62,349 nt of DNA, filler included, from Sluysia triapertura (GCA_046118255.1; 5 parts of 5 records of this genome joined end to end with filler, not necessarily neighbours in it), one strand, 5' to 3'; positions 36,901 to 50,901 are shown, numbered from the whole stretch's first letter. The notes: generated by a model not told the origin, from the sequence alone. Numbers and translations: made by a program.

Positions 36901-38535
36901 AATTTTATGATTATTTGGATGTTACCATGGAAAAAGCCAAAGAAGTTTTATTAACAGAAGATGTTAATAGAGAAATGAATGAATAATGTAAAACAAGTAA
37001 ACGATGAAACAAGTTTATTATTCAGACAGAATCAGATTTATCGATTTTGAATAAGGAGGTTACACTTTCAGTGCTTTGATATTGCCAATCATTTTAATGA
37101 ATTTGCATGTTGCTGTGATTGCTTCAGAAAGATCAATTTTGAATTATTTCACAAATATTATACTGAATGATTTATTTTAGGCGCTTTTGAGTACTTATTT
37201 TAGAGTAGATACTAGAGCAATATAAATTATTATAATCATTATCATTATAACTATTATTTTTCCTTTATTATTAATCAAGTATTTATTTATTTTTATTGCG
37301 AATTTCAAAGTTTTATTTGTGTATATATGGAATTCTTTTCATTCGAGAAATTTTTTATTTAAATATTTCTAAATTAGAATTTTCAAGAATATCGTTATTT
37401 ATACATTTCGAATTTTAAGTATTGAAGAAATTATTTTTGGAAGTTTGATAGTTGTAAAATGGGATAAATTTAAAAGTTTAAGTTCTAGGACTAAATATAT
37501 TTTTGATTGTTTAATTTTGAGTAGTTTATACCAATTTTTAGTTTTGTAAGTTTTAAGTATTAGGTAATCCTTTAAATAATTCGCATTATTAAAGGAATAA
37601 AAATAGTTCATATCTTGTATGATGTTTACAATTAGATTAAACCTTCGAGGTTTCAGTGTAGTAGTATTTAAATTAAGACTAGTCATCAAAGTGTTACGTA
37701 GAAAGATCTGCTGAATAATAGAAGTAGCTACGATTAGTTTGAACAATATACATGTAATATCTCCCAATATTACAATTGTTCGGTTTTCTCTTAACTCTTC
37801 GAACAATTATAAAATGCTAAATTTATATTTTGGGTCCGCCTACGCTAAACAATTTACCTATAATGGACGTTTACGTAGGATTTTAAAGCTTTGTCAAATG
37901 CTAGTTAAAGAATACTATGATCTTTATCTTTTCTTATTATAATATTCGATGCAACTCTGTATCAGAAATCTTTATTTTATAAAATCCTCTTTATGCTTAA
38001 TTAGTAATCCTTATATATTCTTAGTCCTTTTTAAAAATTAATTCACTTTAGTTTAAATCAATTCTTAAAATCTTTAATCAGTATTTAAATCTTCTTCTTT
38101 ATATCTTTAACAAATTAAAAAATTCCTTAATTAACTTTTAGTCTTTAAAACTTTGCACTTTTTGTTGATTTATTTGATAAAATTCTTATTCAATGATATA
38201 ATAAAAAGAACTCTGAATGTGGGAATTTTTATTAAATAAAAGAATTCGGTAAAATAATATAAACAACTTTAATAAGGTATATGACAATGATAAAATTCGA
38301 TAAGATAATATAAACAATTTTAATTATAATAATTTTAATAATAATATGTAATTTATAAATTTAGTCGGATTTTGACTCAAGAATTACTCGTGAGTTTTCT
38401 ATTAGTTGTGTGAAGGATTTTAAGTTTATTTTAAGACCGTTGATAATCGGGTCTAATACTTATGAATAAAAGCTTACTGAATCACAAAATACAATCGAAT
38501 GATCCGAGCAAGATAGGCCAAACAATAAACAGATT

Positions 38536-38730
38536 AAGCGGTTCCAAATAGCCAAATCGATTATACCAATGAGCGGTTCCAAATAGCCAAATCGATTATA
38601 CCAATGAGCGGTTCCAAATAATAGATTAATTATACCAATTGAGCGTTTCCAAGTAGTAGATTAATGATACCAAATGATCGATTCCAAATAATAGTTTAAT
38701 TATGCCAATTGATCGCAATCAAATATACCA
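38536..38730. repeat. 35-bp minisatellite, ~5.6 copies
   Basis: GAGCGGTTCCAAATAGCCAAATCGATTATACCAAT; units start at 38536, 38571, 38606, 38641, 38676 and 38711. Confidence 0.92.
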
Positions 38731-39734
38731 AATTAAGATAATTATAAAATCACGAGACCAAAAACTTTATGTCTTATTCAAGAATTATGTTATATAATAA
38801 TTAGCTAAGGTCTTTTTATACTCTTTTTATAAATGATTGATTTAAGTGTTCATAAACGAATATCCTTTTTAAAATATTTATATTATTCATTGAAACATTA
38901 ACATCCTTTAAAATATTTATATTATTAATATTTATTGAACTAACTGTATCCGTTTTTAATTACTAAATTTCCGTCTTTATAAATAATTTTTAAACAATAT
39001 AAATAATGAATATCCGTATAATTATAATTTTATTTTTTCGTTTTGTAAACAATATGAATATCCGCATAATTATAATTTTATTATTATTAACAATTTTATT
39101 ATCATTTACAAAATTAACTTTTTATATTTTTACAATTATTATTTATTTTTCAAATTTACAATTATTACTATTATATACATAATTTTATTTTTTGGATATA
39201 TTATTTACATTATCATTAGAAGATACGCAAGGCTAATTACATTTATTTAAAACAAAAATACCATTATTAATATTACTGTAATCAGTGCAGCAATGAATGC
39301 TGTTGAAACGATGATCCATATTTTAAATACAAAGTCCTGGCCTGACATGTAACACCACTTTTATTAAATTATTTTGTGTACCTCTTAGCGCAAAATGTAG
39401 ATGTTCTGTTCTATTAGATGGAAAATGAATCCTAGCTATTATATGTTGTTCTTAGGTGGCCAGAAAATCAGAGCATATTGCACGTGTGTTTACCAGATTA
39501 TTTATATGAAAATCTAAAATAATCAAAATACTAAAATTAATTCTTGCAGGTCCGAAGACAGGTAAATTTGACACGAATATCTATATATAGTAATTTAATT
39601 TTTACTTCAGTATCTAGATTATGGAATTCGAAATACTGAGACTTGAAAGTTTGTGTGCCATGTTAATCATCATTACTAAATGCTAATTAGTTCTAGAGAA
39701 TCGAATATTCGTACACTAGGTGATTGTATAAGAC

Positions 39735-39860
39735 AAGGCTTCTTAAACTGTGGGTCGCGAGACTACTGAAAGGGGGTCGCAATGATCTGATACTTTTCAA
39801 TCATTATAAATAAAATTTTAAAATTAGTATACACACTACGTACAAATATAAATACAAATA
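39735..39860 (+). mobile_element. hAT (Charlie/Buster-like) transposon end at a contig edge
   Basis: CAAGGCTTCTTAAACTGTGGGTCGCG..GGGGTCGC resembles hAT termini with GGGTCGC subterminal repeats. Confidence 0.55.
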
Positions 39861-39960
39861 NNNNNNNNNNNNNNNNNNNNNNNNNNNNNNNNNNNNNNNN
39901 NNNNTTAATTAATTAANNNNNNNNNNNNNNNNNNNNNNNNNNNNNNNNNNNNNNNNNNNN
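39861..39960. other. Artificial contig-joining linker
   Basis: Same 100-nt linker. Confidence 0.97.
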
Positions 39961-40101
39961 TTGTTGTGAGTATTGTTGTTTTATGTGATGAATTGTGTGG
40001 TGATTGTAGTTGCGGAGTATGGTTGTGATGAATTTTACTTTAATGAAATTGTTTTTTATGAAATTACATTTTAAACTTAAATTAAGGGGTTGGCCACTAC
40101 A
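39961..40101 (-). mobile_element. LTR fragment of the same Gypsy family, truncated by the assembly gap
   Basis: Reverse complement begins TGTAGTGGCCAACCCC, followed by a C/A-rich, G-poor tract. Confidence 0.6.
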
Positions 40102-40415
40102 ATCATTATCAATATTTTTAACATATTTTTTAGCATAAATAAAAGTATTAAAAATTGCATCTAACAGTTTAATAAAAATGCTTTAGCGATTTGAAATGTA
40201 TATTCCTTTAAACTATTTATTTTGTTTTTCCTAGGAATAAACATGGTCTTGACATTAAAGCTTCAAAATTGCGGATAAAATAAATAAAGTATTTCAATGC
40301 GGTTTATGAGTGAACTATATTTTCATGGATAAAGTATATTAAAATTGAGAGGTTCAAAGGGGTTTTAGGTGAATAAATCCTGGAAGGATTGATTTGAAAG
40401 TATAGGAGTGTTGTA

Positions 40416-40880
40416 TTAGGTAGGTACATAAAATTGTGCGGTTTTATTTATTGCAAAGAAAACACATCAACTGATTTCAGTTATATTCATTCAGCCGAAT
40501 TATCTATCTAACATTTTAGACTAACTTTCACTTTTATTATCCTCATTAAAATGGAGTGTCAGGTAGATAAAAATTAACATTTCCGACATTTACTCCTTTT
40601 CTATTTTAATCCGCATTTAAACGCTTCAGAAGCCATCAGAATGATTTGTTGCGTTTCAAATCACCAAGCTTCTTCAAACGTGGGATTGAGGAACTACCAG
40701 AACAGTAGAAGTGATAGATTGTGGTGAAGAATATCTCATCGATTGCGACTGAGATATTTGCTTTTTGTAATGATTTAACAAATTCACATTGTTATCTAGA
40801 ATTTTGCATGGTTTTTATTCTTGATCAGTATACATTTTTCATAACTGTAAAAAAACCCACGATCTTATGCACCAACTTAA
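40416..40880 (+). mobile_element. Internally deleted mariner (DD34D) element
   Basis: TIRs TTAGGTAGGTACATAA / TTATGCACCAACTTAA; N-terminus MECQVDK..HFRHLLLFYFN joined to C-terminus FFKRGIEELPE..VIDCGEEY. Confidence 0.85.
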
Positions 40881-41609
40881 AGTAAAATGAAATATGTGAA
40901 ACAATTTAAAATAGTGAGTTTATTCGGTAATTTGGAATGTTCAGAATTGAGAATGATTATGCCATCTACAATTGTCAAATTTAGAGATAAGTAAACGATT
41001 AGGAAGTTTTTGTTTCGAATTTATGTAAAAAATTGTTTGATATTCTTATGATAAGTTTGAAAGGGTAAACATGTTATTGAGATGAAAAGCATAATATTAT
41101 GGTTGGAATTTTTTATTAAATAAAAGGTGATGCTTGAATTTTAGAAATTCCTGAAAGGATATATTTGTGAGTCAGTTTCGAAATTTGTTATTTGTGAGCT
41201 GAGTTTTCCGAAAAGATTAAGTGTTGTGATTTATGAATTGTTATTGTTGATAGTTTCATGCGATACATTTAAAGATTGTATATTTTTGCTTGAAATGAGT
41301 GGTGTCGCGGTGGCAAAGTTATGTATTACGAGTACATATTTAGTAGTACATTTTGTCCATTTTGTCTAGAAATAAATTACATACTTTAAATATAGAATTT
41401 AAAATTTGTTTTATTAAATTTTGTTCGATTATCTTTACTCATTTTATTCTAATAAACAACTGAGTTGTAAATCTATTTTTAAAATTATAACAGTAAACTA
41501 TGAATTAAATTATATTAATCCAAACTAAGAATTTTTGTATAATTAAAATTTAATGCCAAACTTAAAGAACGATTTTATTTTAAATTAAAATAAATTTAAC
41601 TTTATATAT

Positions 41610-42110
41610 TTTTCAAAATATCCCAGGTAGCAAAATCATAAACCCAGCGATTATAGAACAAATTCTTCGCCATTAAAACCAATAATTATATCTGTTCTAT
41701 TTTTCCCATTCACGAATTATGTCCAACAACTATCAGCTTCCCTTTAATTAATGTTTTAATTTCTAACTAATTTAATTCTATAAGAGTGTCCATGCATTGG
41801 ATCCTGTACTACAGCTGTGTATTAATTATTTATCGTTTGGGCACTATTTTCACCATGTATTTCATATACTAATGATGCACTTTATTTATTTATATCCGCC
41901 TCATATGCGCCTGTTAGTATTCATTTTTAGCGGATTTTCCTTGTTTTATTGATTTGGTGTCGCATTCGTAATGTTTTTTGAAAGATAATTAAGAGTGACC
42001 GATTCTTGCTTTTTCTTTCATGTTTGTGTGTAGCTTCTGGCTTCGATCTTTTTACTGCTACTAAAATGTGAACTTGCTCTATCAGCGATGACACGATATT
42101 TTCCAACGTT
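41610..42110 (-). mobile_element. Possible old non-LTR reverse transcriptase remnant
   Basis: Minus-strand order NVGKYRVI .. VVQDPMHG .. FCYLGY loosely follows LINE RT motifs. Confidence 0.25.
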
Positions 42111-42146
42111 GCAATTATTTCTAGTTCACTTATTACATTAATATGT

Positions 42147-43392
42147 ATTAATATATTTAAATTTATGAAATAATTTATTTAAAATATAATTAAAATTTAG
42201 TGGCAACAAATCATTTTAAAAGATTGTTTTTGATGTAAGATTTAAAAATAAAAATTTTTTTTTAAAATCGAAACAAATTTTTAATCATTTATTTAAAAAC
42301 CATATCAAATTTTTAATTTCTTAAAATATTAGATAAATCCTTGTCTGCTTAATGCCTTTTCAATCCATCTCATATTTCTAAACCATCCAAACTATTCGGG
42401 GATTTCTAAAGATTTGTCCTATTTTATCTTTGAATCCTGCCCTCGTAGTGAGGCTGATAAACCCTGATAATTTCGATTTGAAATAGCTAAAGAATTCTTC
42501 AATTGGGTTAAGCTGAGGGCAATATGATGAGAGGAATATATAAGCTATGCTTATCTCAATAAATTTATTACCTCTTTGATGAAATTTACAGTTATCCATT
42601 ATTAAAACGTCATTTTTAAATATTTGAAAATGAGGTACAAGTTTTGTATTGATAAATGCTCCATCTTTTATTTCAAATGCAATGGTTCCGGAAATTTTTA
42701 TAGCAACCATGCAACTTATGTTTGTATTCCTGTTTCCTTTTACATTTTTTTGGAGAATAACCATAGTTTCTTACTTGGTGTAAGTTAATACGAGTCTCAT
42801 GCAGGAATACTAAAGAAGAATTTTCAACGTGTTCGATTGATATAGCATAAATTTGCCTTTCAGCAATATTTTTGTTAGAATTTCGTTCTAATGGAATTTT
42901 AACTAGCCTTTTCCTTGTAAATTTCAGTCTTGAGGATTCTTGAACTGAAATTTGAGTGTAGTGTGAAACCCTTCTGATGCTAGCTCCAAAACCAACTCGT
43001 TTTGACTGTAAAAGCTGTCTTTGAGAAGTAATGAGGAGATTTTGTTTTTTATTTCAGATCTTGGTAAGGGTTTTTCTCTCTTCGCTCCCAATATCTCTTC
43101 ATCACTTATATTATCTGCCATTTTTGCATTTATGTACGCATTTTTTGAAGACATATCAGCATCTTTATCAAATATCTTGCGTATTCTTCTTAATGACTCT
43201 GCAGTGATGGATTGTTTTTTTTCTAATTTTTCTGCCCTCATGAATATTTTTATCTGATAAGTTTGTTTAATTCTTATTCCATGGGAAAATTTAATAAATT
43301 TTTTATAATTAAAGGAATGTAAACCAAGATTTATTCTAAATTATTATAATCATATTTTAAATATATTATTTCATAAATTTAAATATATTAAT
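42147..43392 (-). mobile_element. IS630/Tc1-like DDE transposon with AT-rich ~45-bp TIRs, frameshifted
   Basis: ORFs 42924-43241 and 42378-42764 (VLIMDNCKFH..FLSSYCPQLNPIEEFFS); TIR ATTAATATATTTAAATTTATGAAATAAT.TATTTAAAATAT at both ends. Confidence 0.9.
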
Positions 43393-43519
43393 GTATAACC
43401 CTGTAACTTAAATTGAATATAAATCTAATCAAATATAAAATTTGTTTTCAATAATAATTTTTGATACAATATGCGACACGTTACATCAATTTCAATAACA
43501 TGTTTAGAATGGTATATAC

Positions 43520-43777
43520 TTTTATTATGTATGCTCATTATAATACATAGAAACTTAATGAAGAAAATTAATTATGTTATCTACATTGACAAGTTTTTAA
43601 TTATCTCGGTGTTCATAACATTGATACATTTCTTGATTGTGTTTTATTATGTATGCTCATTATAATACAGAGAAACTTAATGAAGAAAATTAATTATTCT
43701 ATCTACATTGACAAGTTTTTAATTATCTTGGTGTTCATAACATTGATACATTTCTTGATTGTGTTTTATTATGTATG
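43520..43777. repeat. Recent 122-bp tandem duplication (2.1 copies)
   Basis: Near-identical units start at 43520, 43642 and 43764. Confidence 0.95.
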
Positions 43778-44122
43778 ATACCTGCTTCCATATAAACATG
43801 ATATGAAAAGTTATCATAAGAAAATATTGATCCATGTACCTTCAAAAAGTTGCAATATGTTTTCAGTCATTTTATTTTCCGACAACCCCAACAATTACCC
43901 TGAAACTGTAATTATTGATAATTTGTATGGTTAAACAATATACATGTGGTTAAACAAACACTTCAAATTTCAAATCAAAACAAAAGGTAATATTACAAAA
44001 ACAATAAAAAATGAATAATAAAAATTTCCAATCAATTTTAAGTAAATAAATTTGTGCATAAGCTTTTATTTTGTATGACTAATCAAATAGAAAACAACTT
44101 ATAATTGGACAATAGGAACGAC

Positions 44123-45022
44123 ATGGAAAGCCGATGAACCGAAGGGTTTAGTCATGATATATTTGTATTTGAAATAGATTTGATTCGTGTAAGAGAAAAT
44201 GTTTTAATTTATGTTAATTTTATTTTTAAGATGTATTCTTCAACGTGGTGAAAAAGTCGCCAAATGGCAAGACTCGTATCTATGCCAACTGTGCTTTTTA
44301 AGTAAAAATGAATTATCATCACAACACACAGACAGTACAATGTCAAAATCGAAAGCAGACCGTTCAGAGCACAGTAAAACTGTCAACAGTATAATGGATG
44401 ATGTACCCGAATCAGACAATAGGTTGTTTAATGAAGATATGTGTACCAGTATGGCCAGTACAACGATAAATGATAGCAATGATGGTTGTCTTAGTGATTC
44501 TGACTTAACGGGTACCCCCAAACGAGACGGTGTGCTTCCGAAATTAAGTGGCTACAATAAGGACTTTGATGAGGAAATGTGTTAGAATAATAACTAGATC
44601 AATAATATAGGATTTTTCGATCAATTAAATAAATTGTGTTGAAAAGAATTTAAATTAAATAAATTAATCTAAAACATAAAAGTGTCGTTTAAAAAATTTG
44701 AAAATTGGACAAATCATGTGTCGTTTTATATAACAACAATGTAAATTCCGAAAACACAAACAACGATCAAACTACCCTCCATAAGGCAAAAGTAAACTCT
44801 TCCACCGAGATTATGAAATATCACTGTGAAAGAATAATTGAAAAAACACTTGAAGGATATTCTACTAAGTAAACCATACCAAAAATTTCAGACACAAAAG
44901 GCTAGATCCACTTTTAATTATAATATTTACTCTTCTATCACATCCACATTTTTCCGATGAACAGGGTGGATCTTTTTACCAGAAACTGCTTGGTTACAAG
45001 GGGCAGAAGTTATTATGGAATA
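44123..45022 (+). pseudogene. Disrupted spliced gene of unknown function with a CxxC motif and an acidic Ser-rich region
   Basis: Exon ~44231-44580 (W..SYLCQLC, resembling the end of a PHD finger) flanked by short GT-AG introns; the downstream exon has stops. Confidence 0.35.
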
Positions 45023-45339
45023 AATCGGTTGATTTAGTTTTATATTTTATTTTAAATTCTCTTTTTACATAATTGATCGAGAAACTCTATATAATTGAAC
45101 TATATTTATTTTACTTATTATTGGTCAATATAAATAAAATTATATTTAATAGGTCAATTAAAAAATTGTAAAATTTACTAAAATTGTAACACATTATCTA
45201 AATGGAATACTTTTTAAAACATTCTACGTCTAAATATTCCTTCATTATCGAAGGATTATTAAGCATTTTAGCGTTCAGTACTTACTTCATTGTAGATATT
45301 AATGTTTATATATAAATTATCTTCCTCTTCTTTTTATTA

Positions 45340-45590
45340 TTACAGGATTTCGACCCTTATTTCAATTTTGCCATATTTCATTGCAAAAAGATTAATTAAG
45401 TTTTACAAAATTTGAATAAAAATTAATAATAAATGAAATAATTATAACAAAATTATTATAATTTTAATAATTATAACTATTATAAATTATAAATAAATAT
45501 TATAAATAAATAATTATTATAAATTTAATAATTGTAACAAAATTGAAATAAAGGTGGACAAAACTGAATAAAGGTGGAAACCCTGTAAAT
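45340..45590. mobile_element. MITE with imperfect ~30-bp TIRs (hAT-like CAGGG terminus)
   Basis: TTACAGGATTTCGACCCTTATTTCAATTTTG versus the reverse complement of CAAAACTGAATAAAGGTGGAAACCCTGTAA, around an almost pure AT interior. Confidence 0.65.
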
Positions 45591-45673
45591 GAAATAAGGA
45601 TTAATAAAATTTAATAAATTTCATAAAATTGAAATGAAAGTTTATAAAACTGCAGTAAGGACGGAAACCTTCC

Positions 45674-45674
45674 A

Positions 45675-45743
<69 letters not shown>
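45674..45743. repeat. (ATT)n microsatellite
   Basis: Direct reading. Confidence 0.95.
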
Positions 45744-46557
45744 TTTCAGTTTCAGATTCCGAATGCAGAAATGTTCGAACGGTTAGTTTTTCATTTTAAT
45801 TAAATATAATAATTCATCTTTATATTTAGCAACAATCATAAGATGCAGAATATAAATAGCAATGTAGATGTCGATAAATTTATCAATTTTAAGATTGAGT
45901 CAATTAACTAAAATTAACTTTTCTATTTCATGGAACATCTTAAACTTCATTAACGTTTTATATGCACATTATTTTCTGAAATTAATTTCATTGGATGAAC
46001 GAAGTGATACTCAGAAAAAAAACAAATTTTAAGCATCGAACATATGTTTTTCGATTTTCGAACTTTTACGAATATGAAAATTCGGTTATCATTAAACGGA
46101 AATTGCTAACTTAAGAAATATATTATGAAACGTACAATAAAATGGTTTGAAATATAGCTCAAAGAAGCGTTTCTTAACCTTTTTACTCTGCGATCCAATA
46201 AAATTTTTTCAGATTGTTCTGTGACCCAATTTTTTATTACATAAAGGAATGCTAAGAAATAAAAAAAGCCGCGGCTTATCCATGGAAACAAATATTTGAA
46301 TTTTTTAGCATTATTTATATTTATATCAGTTTAATGACTCTTTTTAACTTTATAAAGGTCACCATATTAAATCTTTATTTAAAAACTATGTTTAACTAAA
46401 GTTGTTTTAAAAGCCTCAGCTTATACACGGGATATTACGGTATATATTAATACATTGAAGACAGTATGCGATGAAAAGAATATATAGTCTGAATTTTCGC
46501 ATATATTTTCGAAATTATATAAATTAAAAATGATCATTTATTATTCGACTATATAAT

Positions 46558-46579
46558 ACACACACACACACACACACAC
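46558..46579. repeat. (CA)n microsatellite
   Basis: Direct reading. Confidence 0.9.
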
Positions 46580-46740
46580 TTCTGTGTGATGTTTCATTTA
46601 CTCATAATTGCAGTTTTTATGCGATATGTTGTTGCTTGAAATTCAAAATAACGTCAATCCGTTCTCGAGATGAATTTGAAAATGATTACGGATGATAATA
46701 GTAATAACATTAGAAAATCAATATTGAAAAGTGTTCAATC

Positions 46741-47180
46741 ACAGTGGTGACCAAATTATTGGACTAAAACAGGAAAAATATGTTTTATTAATATTTGCTA
46801 CCCTGGCTTGGAAACTCTCCAGACATGAATCTCATAGAAAATCTGTGGGTGATTGTCAAAAGTATGGAATTCTTTGATGACGAGATCAAAGACTTGTGCC
46901 ACAAGCTCATCCATGGCATCAAAAAATTATTGGATAACAAAGGAGGGCAAACAAAGTACTGATACAACAGTTTGTACATATTTGATTTGTAGTAAATTGT
47001 GTTATCATTCTACATGAATAAAATTTCTGTATGTTTTGGATCTCAGTATTTTTATCTATTATTTTACTTTCACCAGAATTTTTTGGAGAAAATAGTTATA
47101 ACATTTTACATTTTCCGTGACAATGTATTCACACACTTTTGATTAATAGTCTTTAGTCTTATTATTTGGCCACCACACTA
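46741..47180 (+). mobile_element. Internally deleted Tc1 (DD34E) element
   Basis: CAGTGGTGACCAAATTATTGGACTAAA and a related inverted end near 47150-47180; WLGNSPDMNLIENLWVIVK motif. Confidence 0.8.
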
Positions 47181-47418
47181 TATAGTAGTAGTTTTATTCA
47201 TTTAACTTAGTATCATATTTTCATCAGTTAGCATACTTATTCTATATATTCTATTCAAACTCTATTATCATTATTATTATGTTAATTCATCCAATTAAAT
47301 TAAGTGGAATTCGTACCTGTCAAACACTCATTCAATATTATAGTTTATTAACATATAGTCATACACATTACATTACACTATAATATCAGTGATTATAAAA
47401 TCATATATATATATATAT

Positions 47419-48100
47419 AAGGGTGTCCCAGAAATAACCGAACCGCAAACGTAAATAAACATTAGATATCAAAAACGACAAATGTAATTTCTTCTTTTAA
47501 GTCATTTTATGTTATCTTAGCTTCTTCGAATGACTTGTTATATTATTGATTTTTTCTGGCATCACTCTTGATTTTTGTTCAGTGTGCGCTTCTGGACCCT
47601 CATTCTTAAAAATGCAGCAAAGTACTAAATGAGCATGTTAACAGCTAGAATCTCAGAGAAGTCAATGTTCCTGGAGTTACAATCTGTGCTGGAACCGGCA
47701 GCACTGTTAATAGTTAACGTTACCTTGATATGATGAAGACTAAAGTGTTTCATATTCTTAATGAGTTCTCTCATTTCTGTGATCTTCATTTTCAACAAGA
47801 TGGAGCATCTGCGTATAACACCAAAGATGTTCGACAATGGATTGATGAAACATTTTCTGGACGTTGGATTAGACGCCGAGGATCAATCAAATAGCCTTTC
47901 AGATCCATGGATCTGACACCGCCTGATTTTTTTCTGTGGAAAGTTCTAAAAATCCTAGGACAATTGATCAACTAAAACAAAGTATTCAGCAGGGATGTTG
48001 TGCTTGCATTGAAGTTCAAGGCGGACATTTTGAACATTTGTAAATACTAAATATACCTATTAAATTTGTCGTTTTTGTTATCTAATTTTTATTTAATTTT
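47419..48100 (+). mobile_element. Deleted rosa/DD41D-type Tc1/mariner element
   Basis: AGGGTGTCCCAG terminus after (TA)n; FQQDGASAY..WIDETFSGRWIRRRG..*PFRSMDLTPPDFFLW has 41 residues between the last two Asp; subterminal IR 47452-47490 / 48060-48095. Confidence 0.85.
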
Positions 48101-49329
48101 TATATAACAATAGTATGCTTCGTATTATCAATATTTTGTAAATAATTTTATTTAAATATATCTTAATATGTTTAATACTTTTTATGAACAAAGATTTGTC
48201 TAAGATAAATATCGACATTATAGATAAACATTGTAGAATTATGCGTCTAATTGGTTTAATCCCATATGTGATATTTATATAACATCGATTAAATGGAATG
48301 AGTAGAACGAATAATCAAATAGAACAACTAAGTATTATTTAATGAAACATGAGTATTAATTGCAACTTAATAGTAATAATAGTAATAATAATAATTGCTG
48401 TACCATCGATATGTAGTATTTATTTAAATAAAACGTACTACTAATTATAATAAATAGTAAATAATTGAAAATAATCTACATAATAATAATTTGAGTATAA
48501 ACAAAAAACAATAAAAACTATATATCATTGTAGATAATAATGAATTCATAGTAATATATAATTAACAAACATAATTATAAAAAATATTTTTATAGTTATT
48601 TTTTATTTTATATAATTTTAGTTGTAATTTATTCAATTATACACATTATCGTTTCTGATTAAAAGGGTCTGAAATTGGGAAGTGAGTAACAAAAAGCAGA
48701 AGCAGAAATACACATTTTAAATTGGTCAATATTATCTTAGCATCAGTAAATCTAATATGATCAGCATGTACTCTAACAGCTCGATGGTTGAATCACTTAG
48801 ATTCGCGCCAATATACCAAAACTGTTTTATAACGAATATCAAAGTCTTCATACAACATGTGAAGGAAATGATTGGATCAGTACATTTTAACATACGGATT
48901 AATAAAAAATTTAACAAAAGAGCATTTAATGTGAAGAGCTTAAAGGTGCTCTTGAGAGTGGTGTTGATGACAATTAATTGTATATTAATGATTTTATTGT
49001 AGGTTTAAGGGCGCATATTGAATGTGGTCAGATGATGTATAGAAAATTATTTGTGAATGAATTTTATGTAAATTTATAAGTGTAGGTGGTAATAAAAGTA
49101 CTGTAAATAGCTGGGACACTAGCAGTTTACTGTAATACTTTGAGTGAAGTACTTACTTTTTTGTAGTCTATTGTACTTTAGCTTGTTTTGAAATCGAAAT
49201 GGCTTTTAATAATTCGTCTAATCGTTCTGAATAAGCTGACTAGATTTTAGTATTATTTTTTACAAATTTATTATTATTATTATTGACTAAATTTTAGTTT
49301 CTGTATTTACATAAATAATTAAAGTTCGT

Positions 49330-49805
49330 TTGGGTTGCTGCATAAGTTCGTGCATACTGAAAATCATGCAAAAAATTCCAAATAACAAAATGACATTTAT
49401 TAAATCATTAAAAAAATAAATATCTCACACTCTCAATCGGTGAAATATTCTCCACCACAATCGATCTCACTTCCTTTCACCGTTCTGGCAGTTTTTCAAT
49501 CCCATGTTTGAAGAAGCTTGGTGATTTTTTTGTCGAAAAATTCTTCAATCCACGTTTTATTGCTTCTTTGTTTTCAAATGTGACACCAGAAAGATTGTTC
49601 TACATGGAGCGGAAAAGATGAAAATTTGTTGGGGCTGACTTTGCTAAATTTCGAAAACTACTTTTGTGCTGTTCGTTCACTGACTGCCTTTTGTTCATAA
49701 ATGTTGATTAAAATAGAAAAGGAGTAGATGCCGGAAATGTTCATTTTTATCTACCTGGCACTTCATTTTAATGAGGGTAATGAAAGTGAAAGTTAGTCTA
49801 AAATG
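49330..49805 (-). mobile_element. Second internally deleted copy of the same mariner family
   Basis: Minus strand MKCQVDKNEHFRHLLLFYFNQ, APTNFHLFRSM and FFKHGIEKLPER; TIR TTGGGTTGCTGCATAAGTTCGTG at ~49330. Confidence 0.85.
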
Positions 49806-50901
49806 ATTTAAATAGATAATTAAGCTGAATGAATATAACTCAAATAAGTTCAAACAAGAAGTTGGTGTGTTTTCTTTGCAACAAAGAAAACTGCACAAAT
49901 TTATGCAAATATTCGGTCTACTTATTTTCAAGTAGTAGACAATAACGATAGTAATGAAATAAAAGTAATGTCTTAAAGAGGTGTTTGAGAATTTTAGAAC
50001 ATTTATGAATTGTTGTGTGACTATATTGCAGTTACATTGTGATTTTGTAAGCAAAATTAATGAAGCCCTATAACTTATACTTATAAAATCTTCATTATCT
50101 TTGTGGAATGGGAATATTCCATTGACTGGTATATAAACTAGCATCAGTTTAATGAGAATCGTCATTTTCTCATATAATTTAGTTGCTATTTTATTTATTT
50201 TCTTTATTTTATCATTTATTTTTGGATTGCAAATTTTTGGTTTATCAATCGACAATCAAACAATTAACAATCAATTCCGTGTTTATTAAGGTGATACTAA
50301 TTGGTGGAAACTTTATTTTTACATTAAATCCACTTAAATTTATTTTATAGAGAAATCAATTAAAGCTTTTAAAATTTAAAATTAAATTAAGAAGTTTTTT
50401 TTGAAACTGATAATTACGAAGTTAAACGAGCATTTAATAAGAACCTCGTTAAGGAGCATTGTTATTTTGATGAAGTATTAGCTTATACAGTTATAGAAAT
50501 GTTTTCTTTACGACATAAGACGTTTACTGTAACCGAACCTTACTCAGAAATATTGTTAAATTTTGAATTATTTTTAGAAACTTCATTATCGATAAATTGA
50601 GAAATCTTTTGAATGATATTAAAAATTTTTCGATTCACATAATATAAATACTTAAATATTTTCAAATACGGAAAACATTTAATTTAAATGCGAAATTTTT
50701 TGATTTGTGCAATTGTAATTAAACCCAATCAAATTAATCACAAAAAATTAATCTCTAATTTAACCAAATAAACAAATGAAGTTTAAACGTAGTTTATCAT
50801 ACTTTAACCCCTTAACGCGTGTTATTTATTAAAGAAAAAGGTTATAAATAATCGTTTTTTTTTATTTCACATAATTAATAGATACATGTATTTGAATGTA
50901 A

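Noticed and set aside
38536-38730. 35-bp periodic array as a CRISPR
   Set aside because: Units are head-to-tail with no unique spacers, there are no cas genes and the context is eukaryotic.
49695-50255. 186-aa ORF as a real protein
   Set aside because: Its C-terminus is the mariner transposase N-terminus and UTR read through from flanking DNA; chimeric by chance.
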